Part shown: in pieces, positions 1 through 10,125 of the stretch
Layout: every line of letters starts with the position of its first letter
How positions within the stretch are numbered: position 1 is the stretch's first letter
NCBI RefSeq assembly: GCF_001194135.2
Contig: NC_068989.1
Span: 43,788,410-43,833,386, forward strand
Direction: 5' to 3'
DNA length: 44,977 nt
DNA from: Octopus bimaculoides
Lineage: Eukaryota
Notes under the pieces: model-generated
Databases searched by the model: none
Told to the model about the DNA's origin: nothing
The model's input: only the letters and a program-made list of their open reading frames with translations
Program-made: the position numbers and the translations under genes

Positions 1-820
1 CACCACCACCACCACCACACCACCACCACACCACCACCACCACACAACCACCAGCACCAGCACCCCCACCCCCACCACTACCACAACCACCACATGACAA
101 CAGCAGCAACACTAATACTGCAATGACCAACATTGCCAGCACCCCCATGACCATCACCAAAATCCACCACCACTAAATACTACATCCATCACCACCACCA
201 CCAAATACTACCCAACCACGACAACCACTATCAAAACAATGACAATGACTACAACACAACTGCTTGCTGCCATCACTACTACCTCACTAATACTATTGCC
301 AATACCCATCATTACTAAATATCACTACCACCACCACCACCACCTTCTTTCCTACTACCAAATACCACCAAATATCACTACCACCAGTTACTATCAGCAT
401 CATCTCCACTACTACCACCACAACAATCACCACCATAATCACCACCACCACAATCACCACCACCACAATCAGCAGCAGCTGCAGAACCACCAACGCAACT
501 AGCAGCAGCAGCAGCAGAATCACCAGTACCATCTGCATTNNNNNNNNNNNNNNNNNNNNNNNNNNNNNNNNNNNNNNNNNNNNNNNNNNNNNNNNNNNNN
601 NNNNNNNNNNNNNNNNCCACCACCACCACCACCTTCTTTCCTACTACCAAATACCACCAAATATCACTACCACCACCACCACCACCAAATACCACTACTA
701 CAGGTTACCATCAACATCACCACCACAATTACCTCCCCCACACACAATCAGCACCACCACCACCACAACAACAACAACATAACATCAACAACAACAACAA
801 CAACAACAACAACAGCATCA
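1..820. repeat. (CAC)n/(CAA)n/(CAT)n low-complexity trinucleotide tract, interrupted by an N gap at 540-616
   Basis: Runs of caccaccac, caacaacaa and cagcagcag read directly. Confidence 0.95.
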
Positions 821-1429
821 TGCTATCTTTTCATGATGGAATCATTCCCTTCCTTTTTGTTTGGAATAAAGAATAGGTCAGTTATGGGTAAATGGAGGGT
901 GGAATGAGCGAAAAGAATGTGGGATGATGGTGGTGGTGGTGGAGACGGGTTTTGGGTGGAGTTTAGGTTTAGGGAACATTAAAGGTTGTACTCAGATTTG
1001 AAACCTTAAATTATTTGAGATAAGTGAGTGCACAAACACAAATAATAAAGATGAGAATGGAAGAAATGGTGATAGTCAAGCTACCGGTGCTTATTGTGGT
1101 AGTTGTTTGTGGCTGTATGTTACCTGGAGAAAGTAAGTTTGAAAGACATGTAGGCACACACACAATGTTTTGACATATAAGTTTCACCTGGTTGTCTTGT
1201 TGAACCAGTTTCAATGAAGAATCTGTCTGGCAACATTTAAAAGTCCTGGTCAGAATGGAATATATAATTAATTTCATACTGTCTCCAGTATTGTTTCCCT
1301 ACCAGTAAATATTTTTGTCATTATTCTTAAACTCACTTTAAAATAATAACCTTAATTTAACATGTATATACATACCTGCATACATACACACCTACATACA
1401 AATATATTATTATTATGTATACATATATA

Positions 1430-1826
1430 GGCACAGGTGTGGCTGTGTGCTAAGAAGCTTGCTTCCTAGCTACATGGTTCTGGGTTCAGTCCCACTGCGT
1501 GGCACCTTGGGCAAGTGTCTTCTGCTATAGCCTCGGGCCAACCAAAGCCTTGTGAGTGGATTTGGTAGACGGAAACTGAAAGATGCCCATCATATATATC
1601 TATATATGTATATGTTTGTGTGTCTGTGTTTGTTTCCCCACCATCGCTTGACAACCGATGTTGGTGTGTTTACGTCTCCGTAACTTAGCAGTTTGGCAAA
1701 AATTGGTCGATAGAATAAGTACTAGGCTTACAAAGAATAAGTTCTGGAGTTGATTTCTTTGACTAAAGGTGGTGCTCCAGCATGGCTGCAGTCAAATGAC
1801 TGAAACAAGTAAAAGAATAAAAGAAT
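1430..1826 (+). mobile_element. SINE family A, full-length (tRNA-derived head, internal TA/TG microsatellite, second module, tail aagtaaaagaata)
   Basis: A-box-like tggctgtgtg, B-box-like ggttcagtccc, body ccttgggcaagtgtcttc...gtgagtggatttggtagacggaaactgaaag, recurring more than 15 times in the window. Confidence 0.9.
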
Positions 1827-1877
1827 ATATATATATATGCATATGCATATACATACATCAAATATTTATATATGTGT

Positions 1878-2185
1878 GAAGGCATGTGGCTTAGTGATCA
1901 AGGTATTTGGCTCATGGTTGTAAGGTCGTGAGTTCAATTCCTGGCAATGCATTGTGTCCTTGAGCAAGACACGTTATTTCATGTTGCTCCTGTCCACTCA
2001 GCTGGCAAAAATGAGTAGTACCTGTAAATCAAAGGCCCGGCCTTGTCACATTCTGTGTCATGCTGAATCTCTCTGAGAACTACGTGTGTCTCTGGAGTTC
2101 CCGATCACTTGCATGTCAGTTTCATGAATAGGTTGTTCCACTGATTGGATCGACTGGAACCCTCATTGTTGTAACCAATAGAGCG
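1878..2185 (+). mobile_element. SINE family B (tRNA head + CORE-like domain), 3' variant i
   Basis: tggcttagtg A box, gagttcaattcc B box, ccttgagcaagacac...ccactcagctggcaaaaatgagt core; homologous to 26430-27150 and 21375-22915. Confidence 0.85.
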
Positions 2186-2867
2186 ATATATATATATATG
2201 AAGTGGTTAGATGTGTATGATGGTAAACAAATGAGTGAATGGATTCATAATTAAAAATAATTTATTCACTGGACTTAATTTGTCGTTGGTACACATAATT
2301 CTTCACTACATGTAAAATGTTGACAACTGTTACGAGTTGCTACAAATAGAAACAGGGTACATCTGTACAAATGATATATCACAAATGAATATATGTTTGT
2401 GTGTGTGTGTGTGTGTGTGTACGTTGTTCAACTGAGGCAGTAATCTACCATGGAACTTCGAACATTGCTCTGGTCCCTGAGAAAAGCTGTCATGTAGTAG
2501 ACGTTCCTCATTTGGCTGCCTAGGGCCTTCTCTCTCTTGTTGACCACTGAATTTATAAGAATCGTGGCAGCTAGAAGGACAGACATACTGCAGCAGAGTT
2601 TGTACCTAAATAGGTCAGCTCCTGTCCATTTGAACTTTGCCTGACATGGCCTTAAGTCGAAGGGAGATCATCAATCACTTTTTGACAGGACTAAAAAAAC
2701 TGTTTATGCGCCTGTTGATCATGAGAATTCTTAGATTCGGTTTCGAATCTAGGCTTGGAGAAGGAAGTGCTAATTTTTACACACATATATATATATATAT
2801 CTATATATATATATATATATATATGTATATTTTCAAAAATGAATGAGAAGCAGCCCAAGGGATATAA

Positions 2868-3103
2868 CAATATTGAGCACACATATACAAGGTATGTGTT
2901 TTGGCAGTTCATGGACAGGTTGCAATTTATAGGCTTAAAAAGATATAGTCTCATCAATTTGCCTCGTGTTAAAACACCTGGATGTCATAGACATGTGAGA
3001 CAACTCACATCAAGTCCCATTACAGGTGTGACAGACATTAATATCATTCTTGTGACTTGTCAATACCAACAAAACACATACCTTGTGTATGTGTTCAATA
3101 CTG
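2868..3103. mobile_element. MITE with about 36-bp terminal inverted repeats (Tc1/pogo-like CAGT...ACTG-TA end)
   Basis: caatattgagcacacatatacaaggtatgtgttttg (from 2868) is the near reverse complement of caaaacacataccttgtgtatgtgttcaatactg (to 3103), followed by TA. Confidence 0.7.
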
Positions 3104-3280
3104 TATTTTTTTTCTCTTTCATCTCTCTCACTATTATTATTAGTTATTTTTTCCTTTTTACAAGTTGCTTGTAAGTATCTGGTTTTTTCCCTATTACTCC
3201 TTTTGTATTCTCCTTTATAGTATCTTTATTTTAATTTACTTTATTTTATTAAACCTTTTTTGATGTCCTTCCAAAGATTC

Positions 3281-3385
3281 TTCACACTGATGAGAATGAC
3301 AATGCATAAATTTAATTATAATTACCATGATTATAATATTTTCTTGCATATTTGCATTGTCCTTTGAAATGCACATATGTATTGA
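3281..3385 (+). ncRNA. Decayed type I hammerhead ribozyme motif
   Basis: CTGATGA 3287-3293, 13-bp stem II with one mismatch (3294-3306 / 3353-3365), GAAA 3366-3369; stems III and I are degraded in a CpG-decay pattern. Confidence 0.55.
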
Positions 3386-3790
3386 ATCCTATTTTGTATT
3401 AAATCTAATTTTGATGCAACATCTTTTTCTCCTCCATTTTCCTATAATTATTTATGGTATATTTATACCTATAACGATCTTTTTCAACTACTATTTTCAT
3501 ATTCTTACTACTTGCTCTGGCTGTTATTTATGAATATGATGAATCTTTATTAGAAATTATTCTTTTTTTCTTTTCTCTCTTTTTGGACCTCTCAAAAAGT
3601 TTGAATTGTTCTTTTTTGAACTTATTTTTTTAACTATATGTGTATATATATNNNNNNNNNNNNNNNNNNNNNNNNNNNNNNNNNNNNNNNNNNNNNNNNN
3701 NNNNNNNNNNNNNNNNNNNNNNNNNNNNNNNNNNNNNNNNNNNNNNNNNNNNNNNNNNNNNNNNNNNNNNNNNNNNNNNNNNNATATAGA

Positions 3791-4147
3791 TGCAAGTGTG
3801 TGGCTGTGTGGTAAGAAGCTTGCTTCCCAACTAAATCGTTCTGGGTTCAGTCCCACTGCATGGCACCTTGGGTGAGTGTCTTCTACTGTAGCTTCAGGCC
3901 AACCAAAGCCTTGTGAGTAGATTTGGTCGATGGAAACTAAAAGAAGCCCGTCATGTGTGTGTGTGAGTGTGTGTATGTTTATATCTGTGTGTGCATGTGT
4001 TTTTCTGTGTTTGTCGCCCCATCACCACTTGACAACTTAGCAGTTCAGCAAAAGAAGAAGTCCTGGGGTTGATTTCTTCGATTAAAAGGTAGTGCTCTAG
4101 TATGGCCACAGTCAAATGACTGAAACAAGTAAAAGAATAAAAGAATA
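3791..4147 (+). mobile_element. SINE family A, internally deleted copy
   Basis: Same head, body and aagtaaaagaataaaagaata tail as 1430-1826. Confidence 0.85.
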
Positions 4148-4630
4148 TACATATACATACATACACATGCTCACATATCCACAAGCTCATTACACTCATG
4201 TCTATGTACAGACATATTCATTTACATACTTGTACCGTCACTACATGATAGACAGAAGACTACCGACATGCCCATTTACAAACAATCAGACACATACCTT
4301 CACACACACACACACACAAATACAAACACACCCACCTACACACATTCTCACATATGCATAAAACGGGTGTGGTATGAAAGCAAGGATATTTAAAGTTGGG
4401 ATTATAAATGTCAGTCTGTATTTGTCTGTATTTGGAATATCAGTGGGTGTTACTTTGAAATTCTAAATAAGACTAACATTAAAACTTTATGATAAAATCA
4501 GGGAAGATTAAACAGATTTAAAATGCAGCAGCCAGAAAATTCTTCTCTGATTTATTGGTCAATGTGTTACAATTCCATGAATGTTCAATTCTCAGTCAAT
4601 TTTGTTTCTTTTTTTTTTATCTTTTCTAAT

Positions 4631-4855
4631 TTATCTTTTACTTGTTTCATTTATTAGACTGTGGTCAAGCTGGGGCACCACCTTGACAAGTTTTGTGGAA
4701 CAAATAGATCCCAGCATTTATTTTTATTATTTTTTTAAAGCCTAGTGCTTAGTCAATTTGTCTCTTTTGTCAAACCACTAAGTTATGGAGATATAGACAT
4801 GTCAACACCAATTGTCAAGCAGTGGTAGGGGGACAAACAGAAACACAAAGACAGA
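4631..4855 (-). mobile_element. SINE family A, 3' module only
   Basis: Reverse complement of the A tail (tttacttgtttca...actgtggtca...ggggacaaac). Confidence 0.75.
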
Positions 4856-4954
4856 CACACATAGATATATGCACTCACACATACACACTCACACATACAA
4901 CACACACACAATACACACACACACACACACACACATTTGTCTGCTTGAGATCTA

Positions 4955-6644
4955 TCAGGTCATCCCATAAGTTCTGTCCGAATTTTGAATAAAGAAAACA
5001 AGTGATCAAATGTTATATTTAATTGAAATTTAATCATCAAAATACTTTCCTTGATTATCTATGACTTCCTTCCATCTATTTACAAGCTTTTTAATCCCAT
5101 CAATGTAAAACTCTTTTGGTTTCCAAGCGAAGAATTCTGAAATGTCAGTTTTGACCTCTTCCTGGCTTGCAAAAGTTATGTCCCCAAATGATTCTGTAAA
5201 CTACAAAACAAATGATAGTCTGAAGGAGCAAGGTTGGGAGAATAAGGTGGATGAGGAATTTTTTCCCAACCAAGCTCTTCGATCTTCTGTGATGTGNNNN
5301 NNNNNNNNNNNNNNNNNNNNNNNNNNNNNNNNNNNNNNNNNNNNNNNNNNNNNNNNNNNNNNNNNNNNNNNNNNNNNNNNNNNNNNNNNNNNNNNNNNNN
5401 NNNNNNNNNNNNNNNNNNNNNNNNNNNNNNNNNNNNNNNNNNNNNNNNNNNNNNNNNNNNNNNNNNNNNNNNNNNNNNNNNNNNNNNNNNNNNNNNNNNN
5501 NNNNNNNNNNNNNNNNNNNNNNNNNNNNNNNNNNNNNNNNNNNNNNNNNNNNNNNNNNNNNNNNNNNNNNNNNNNNNNNNNNNNNNNNNNNNNNNNNNNN
5601 NNNNNNNNNNNNNNNNNNNNNNNNNNNNNNNNNNNNNNNNNNNNNNNNNNNNNNNNNNNNNNNNNNNNNNNNNNNNNNNNNNNNNNNNNNNNNNNNNNNN
5701 NNNNNNNNNNNNNNNNNNNNNNNNNNNNNNNNNNNNNNNNNNNNNNNNNNNNNNNNNNNNNNNNNNNNNNNNNNNNNNNNNNNNNNNNNNNNNNNNNNNN
5801 NNNNNNNNNNNNNNNNNNNNNNNNNNNNNNNNNNNNNNNNNNNNNNNNNNNNNNNNNNNNNNNNNNNNNNNNNNNNNNNNNNNNNNNNNNNNNNNNNNNN
5901 NNNNNNNNNNNNNNNNNNNNNNNNNNNNNNNNNNNNNNNNNNNNNNNNNNNNNNNNNNNNNNNNNNNNNNNNNNNNNNNNNNNNNNNNNNNNNNNNNNNN
6001 NNNNNNNNNNNNNNNNNNNNNNNNNNNNNNNNNNNNNNNNNNNNNNNNNNNNNNNNNNNNNNNNNNNNNNNNNNNNNNNNNNNNNNNNNNNNNNNNNNNN
6101 NNNNNNNNNNNNNNNNNNNNNNNNNNNNNNNNNNNNNNNNNNNNNNNNNNNNNNNNNNNNNNNNNNNNNNNNNNNNNNNNNNNNNNNNNNNNNNNNNNNN
6201 NNNNNNNNNNNNNNNNNNNNNNNNNNNNNNNNNNNNNNNNNAGGAGCTTATCATCAAACTCAGCTGGACATCCTGTTCAATCTTCATCTTCAAGGCTGAA
6301 ATCTCCACTTCTGAATTTTGCAAACCATCTTCTGTAAGTTCTTTCATTCAAGCATTCTTTGCCATAAATTGAGTGTGTTTCGAGTCGCTTCGGCTGCAGA
6401 GTTTCCTTTTTTGTACTCATAAAGCATTATGTGCCTTAAATGCTCTTTGAATACTTCCATGTTAGAAAGGGTTTGAATCAAAGAAATTTTAATTCTATTA
6501 TTCTGTAAAATGATATTTAATTAGTTTAAATGTACACAAATGCATAAAAATAATTTTTAATTCCATTAGACATTCTAAAATACTATTAAATTTCATTCAA
6601 TTTTAAAAAAGGTAAAATCGGACAGAACTTATGGGATGATCTGA
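4955..6644 (-). mobile_element. Mariner DNA transposon, both ends present, centre lost in the N gap 5297-6241
   Basis: TIR tcaggtcatcccataagttctgtccga at 4955 and its reverse complement ending at 6644 (1 mismatch in 27 bp); TA on both sides (4953-4954, 6645-6646). Confidence 0.93.
5030..6460 (-). pseudogene. Disrupted mariner (DD34D-type) transposase
   Basis: N-terminus MEVFKEHLRHIMLYEYKKGNSAAEATRN from 6460; C-terminus KIEELGWEKIPHPPYSPNLAPSDYHLF...EFYIDGIKKLVNRWKEVIDNQGKYFDD* ending at 5030; stops and frameshifts present. Confidence 0.9.
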
Positions 6645-6664
6645 TAGTTCCATGCATGTGTATA

Positions 6665-6907
6665 TATTCTTTATTCTTCTATTCTTTCACATGTTTCAAC
6701 CCTAAGGCTGTGGCCACACACACACACACACACACATATATAAACAATGGACCTCTTTCAGTTTCTGTCTTCCAAATCCACTCACAAGGCTTTGCTTGGT
6801 TTGGGGCTATAGTAAAAGGCACTTGCCCAAGGTGCGACATAGTGGGACTGAACCCAGAACCATGTAGTTTGGAAGCAAAATTCTTACCACACAGCCATGC
6901 CTGTGCC
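6665..6907 (-). mobile_element. SINE family A, internally deleted copy
   Basis: ctctttcagtttctgtc...cttaccacacagccatgcctgtgcct is the reverse complement of the A head. Confidence 0.85.
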
Positions 6908-6961
6908 TATTTTATTAATTTTATTTCTTTCTTTCTTTATTTATCTTTTCATCAGGAAAGA

Positions 6962-7110
6962 AAGCAATGCCCATGATTCTTTCACAGGCTTTTGAGACTA
7001 GCAGGAAAGAGGGAGGAAGGTTACCTCAAATGGGTTACCTGGCCTGAGTGCTTACAGCAGAGTGGATTCTGATAAAGATGTCTATGATGCCAAGTATTGG
7101 TGCCAAACTG
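6962..7110 (+). mobile_element. Fragment of the upstream segment of D-type (RTE-tailed) elements
   Basis: gcaatgcccatgattctttcacagg...cttacagcagagtggattctgat is similar to 37315-37430. Confidence 0.55.
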
Positions 7111-7225
7111 GGTGACAGACTGAGTCCACTATTTATGTAGATCATGACAGGATTTCAAGTTAAGAACTTAAAGAGCTGGAACAAATACTGCAAAACATTT
7201 AGTCTGCTAGTCTCTTCCAGAGAGA

Positions 7226-7448
7226 ATGTGTGAATGTATTAGACAGACAGACAGAAAGACGGATGGACGGATGGATGGATGGATGGAGAAAAAAGAGAAG
7301 AATAGGAAGAAAGACGAGGAGGAGGAGGGTGAGAAGAAGAAGAAGAAGAAGAAGACGACGACCGTGACGATGGCGGCAACGACGATGACGGAGGCGACGA
7401 CAAAGGCAACAACGGTGAGGAGGAGGCGGAGGAGGAGGTGGAGGAGGA
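7226..7448. repeat. Mixed purine-rich microsatellites (GACA, GGAT, GAG, AAG, ACG)
   Basis: Read directly; runs into an N gap. Confidence 0.9.
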
Positions 7449-7588
7449 NNNNNNNNNNNNNNNNNNNNNNNNNNNNNNNNNNNNNNNNNNNNNNNNNNNN
7501 NNNNNNNNNNNNNNNNNNNNNNNNNNNNNNNNNNNNNNNNNNNNNNNNNNNNNNNNNNNNNNNNNNNNNNNNNNNNNNNNNNNNNNNN

Positions 7589-8149
7589 AAGTCTTGTTTC
7601 ATGAAGACAATTTGTGTATAGTTCTGCAAATTATATTGATTCTAGAACGTCTATGCTGATGAGAACATGGATATTATTACGCAAGTATAACGTTAATGTT
7701 CGAAACTGCAGTCCATAGATAACTCTTTATTCTGTATATTTCTCATTTTGTCCTGTTCTGGCGTTTCGCGAAATTTTTCTGGAGAACATTATTTTTCTTT
7801 GTGGTTGGGTCGTTGATGACCTCATTCTAGCATATTGGATGTCCACTTAGTAGTCATCCCTTATACACATGTAATACAATTTTTTCTGAATTTTCAGATT
7901 TTTTTTTATATGCTAGGTCACTTGGTTTTAAATTGAATTAATATTCAATTTATCGCCCTATCTATTTAAATAATAATTTAAATAGTTATGCTCTCCAACT
8001 GGCAACATATACTGCCGTGAATTATTCTCTGCAGAATTGTTTCTGGAATTTTTGAGCGCCAGAGCTGAGGCATTTTGAAAAGCAGCCCCAATGTAATCGG
8101 TAGAACTATATGCAAGTCTTGTTTCATGAAGACAATTCGTGTATAGTTC
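7589..8149 (+). mobile_element. Non-coding hammerhead-containing repeat unit (525-bp period), retrozyme-like or Penelope pLTR-like
   Basis: 36-bp direct repeat at 7589-7624 and 8114-8149 (1 mismatch), internal intact hammerhead, many perfect hairpins, no recognisable ORF. Confidence 0.65.
7649..7720 (+). ncRNA. Intact type I hammerhead ribozyme, predicted cleavage after GUC at 7713
   Basis: Stem I GUCUAUG 7649-7655 / CAUAGAU 7714-7720; CUGAUGA 7656-7662; stem II GAACAU 7663-7668 / AUGUUC 7696-7701; GAAA 7702-7705; stem III palindrome ACUGCAGU; GUC triplet. Confidence 0.88.
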
Positions 8150-8154
8150 AGAGT

Positions 8155-8245
8155 TGATAAAATGAGACAAGTTGAACACTGGGGGTCAATCTTATTGACT
8201 TAGCCCCTCCCCCAAAATTACTAGCCTTGTGCCAAAATTTAAAAC
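8155..8245 (+). mobile_element. SINE family C, 3' fragment
   Basis: gataaaatgag...actgggggtcaat...gccttgtgccaaaattt matches the 3' half of 27585-27802. Confidence 0.65.
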
Positions 8246-8246
8246 T

Positions 8247-8525
8247 AATGTCTGTCTTCCATGCTGGCACGGGTTGCAGAGTTTGACAAGATCTGAAAAA
8301 CTGGAGGACTACATTGAACTACATCTACTTTGGCATGGTTTCAATGGCTGGATGCCCTTTCTAATGCCAATCACTTTACAGAGTGTATTAGGTGCCTTTT
8401 TTGTGGCATTGACACTAGTGAGGTCACTAGATAATTTACAAGACAAGAACCCTCAACCGAGTGGAGATGTAGTATTGAAGGAGGTGGTTTTAAGCTAGGT
8501 GTTGAGAGGTTAAAGTATGATATGA
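8247..8525 (-). mobile_element. D-type element (RTE-LINE-type 3' module with upstream segment)
   Basis: ccatgctggcacgggttg...ggctggatgccctttctaatgccaa...gagaggttaaagtatga; homologous to 14915-15256. Confidence 0.75.
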
Positions 8526-9029
8526 CATAACTTAAAAAGAAAAAATTAACTGCTATTTCTTGCAGGCCTAACGACCTTATAAATGTGCCTTTATTATTTA
8601 ATGAATTGATATTATTTAATGATTTTGTGTTTTGTCCAAGATTAAAACATTTAAGTTTCAACTACCTAGGCCATTAAGGCCTCTAAGCTGTAAATTGATC
8701 TTGATGATAAACTTCAATAAAGTATCAAACACTGATGAATTTTAATGAAAGTGCAATCCATTAATAATTTACTCAATATTCAATTAGTTTGGAGCAATTA
8801 TCTATGGAAATTTTGCAGCCACGAGGCAGATCAGTGGTTTATATGTTGCCAATGGTACAACATTGTGCTCAAGGCATAAAGCAGTCCCACTAAAATTTGA
8901 GTGATGCAGCTTGTTTGTTTATTTATTTATCTATCTATTTTTTAAGTGAAGAGGGGAAAGCAAGACATTTGTTTTTTGTGGGGTCTGGGGGCTGCAAACA
9001 GAAGGGCCATCCCAGGCAGTACACACTCT

Positions 9030-9200
9030 AGAATGAAGAAGACACGGACCAAATGCTATCAACAGAGAGGACTCTGCCAATGTTGACACCATAAGATGGG
9101 TGACTATGTCTACCACCCAAGTAAGCTGTGGTAGGATTTGAACTCAGAGAGCAAAGGCTTGGAACAAATCCTGCAAAGCATTCTAAACAATGCTCTGTCA
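9030..9200 (-). mobile_element. Degenerate tRNA-headed SINE with a C-like head and different body
   Basis: ggatttgaactcagag (B box on the minus strand) and aagcattctaaacaatgctct resemble family C heads. Confidence 0.45.
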
Positions 9201-9319
9201 ACTCTATCAATAGGCGAGACATATACATACATATACACTTACATACATAAACACACACAAATCCATACATACATACATACATACATACATATGTATACAC
9301 ACACACACACACATAGACA

Positions 9320-9485
9320 CAGATGTGGCTGTGTGATATGAAGCTTGCTTCTCAACCATATGGTTCCAGGTTCAGTCCCACTGCATAACACCTCAGGCAA
9401 GTGTTTTCTACTATAGCCTTGGGCTGACCAAAGCCTTGTGAATGGATCTGGTATCTACTAGGCAGAAACTGAAGGAAGCCTGTTG
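9320..9485 (+). mobile_element. SINE family A, left module only
   Basis: gtggctgtgtgatatgaagcttgc...gaaactgaaggaagcc. Confidence 0.8.
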
Positions 9486-9509
9486 ATTTTATATATGTAT
9501 ATACATATA

Positions 9510-9916
9510 TAGGAGTGGCTGTGTAGTAAGTGGCTGTTTGCTTACCAACCACATGGTTCTAGGTTCAGTCCCACACCATGGCACCTTGACAGGTATCTTC
9601 CACTATAGCCTCGGGCCAACTAAAGCCTTGTGAGTGGATTTGGTAGACAGAAACTGAAAGAACTCTGTCATATAAGTATCTATATGTATATATATATGTA
9701 TATGTATATATATATGTTTGTGTGTCTGCGTTTGTCCCTCCACCATCGCTTGACAACCGATGCTGGTGTGTTTACATCCCTGTAACTTACTGGTTTGGGA
9801 AAAGAGACTGATAGAATAAGTACTAGGCTTACAAAGAATAAGTCTTGGTGTCGATTTCTTCAACTAAAAGGTGGTGCTCCAGCATGACCACAGTCAAATG
9901 ACTGAAACAAATAAAA

Positions 9917-9920
<4 letters not shown>
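9510..9920 (+). mobile_element. SINE family A, full-length
   Basis: Head, internal TA repeat, right module and aaataaaagaata tail. Confidence 0.9.
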
Positions 9921-9968
<48 letters not shown>

Positions 9969-9969
9969 G

Positions 9970-10125
9970 ATGGGCTTCTTTCAGTTTCTGCCAACAATCA
10001 AATCCACTTACAAGGCTTTGATCAGCCTGGAGCTATAGTAGAAAACACTTACCTAAGGTGCTATGCAGTGAGATTGAACCGAGGACCATATAGTTAGAAA
10101 GCAAACTTTCTAACTCACAGCCACA
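9970..10125 (-). mobile_element. SINE family A, left module, inverted relative to 9510-9920
   Basis: gggcttctttcagtttc...aactcacagccaca. Confidence 0.85.

Noticed and set aside
329-675. Repeat of about 57 bp on either side of the gap at 540-616
   Set aside because: Typical contig-end overlap or slippage in low-complexity DNA; cannot be verified.
239-695. His/Thr-rich and Val/Gly-rich ORFs
   Set aside because: Translations of (CAC)n/(CAA)n microsatellites with no domain or splice support.
2440-2760. Possible L1/Tx1 endonuclease remnant (EGR, VYAP)
   Set aside because: Only two short motifs in different frames amid many stops; needs a profile search.
5142-6347. Long ORFs in the track (also 12704-13617, 23926-24593, 38858-39459 and others)
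   Set aside because: They consist mostly of X from N gaps; the real coding signal at 5030-5296 and 6242-6460 is a mariner in other frames.
7226-7621. Charged Lys/Glu/Arg-rich ORF
   Set aside because: Product of GAG/AAG/ACG microsatellites running into a gap.
8732-8760. CTGATGA...GAAA hammerhead-like spacing
   Set aside because: Stem II is only 3 A-U pairs with a 2-nt loop, and stems I and III do not pair.
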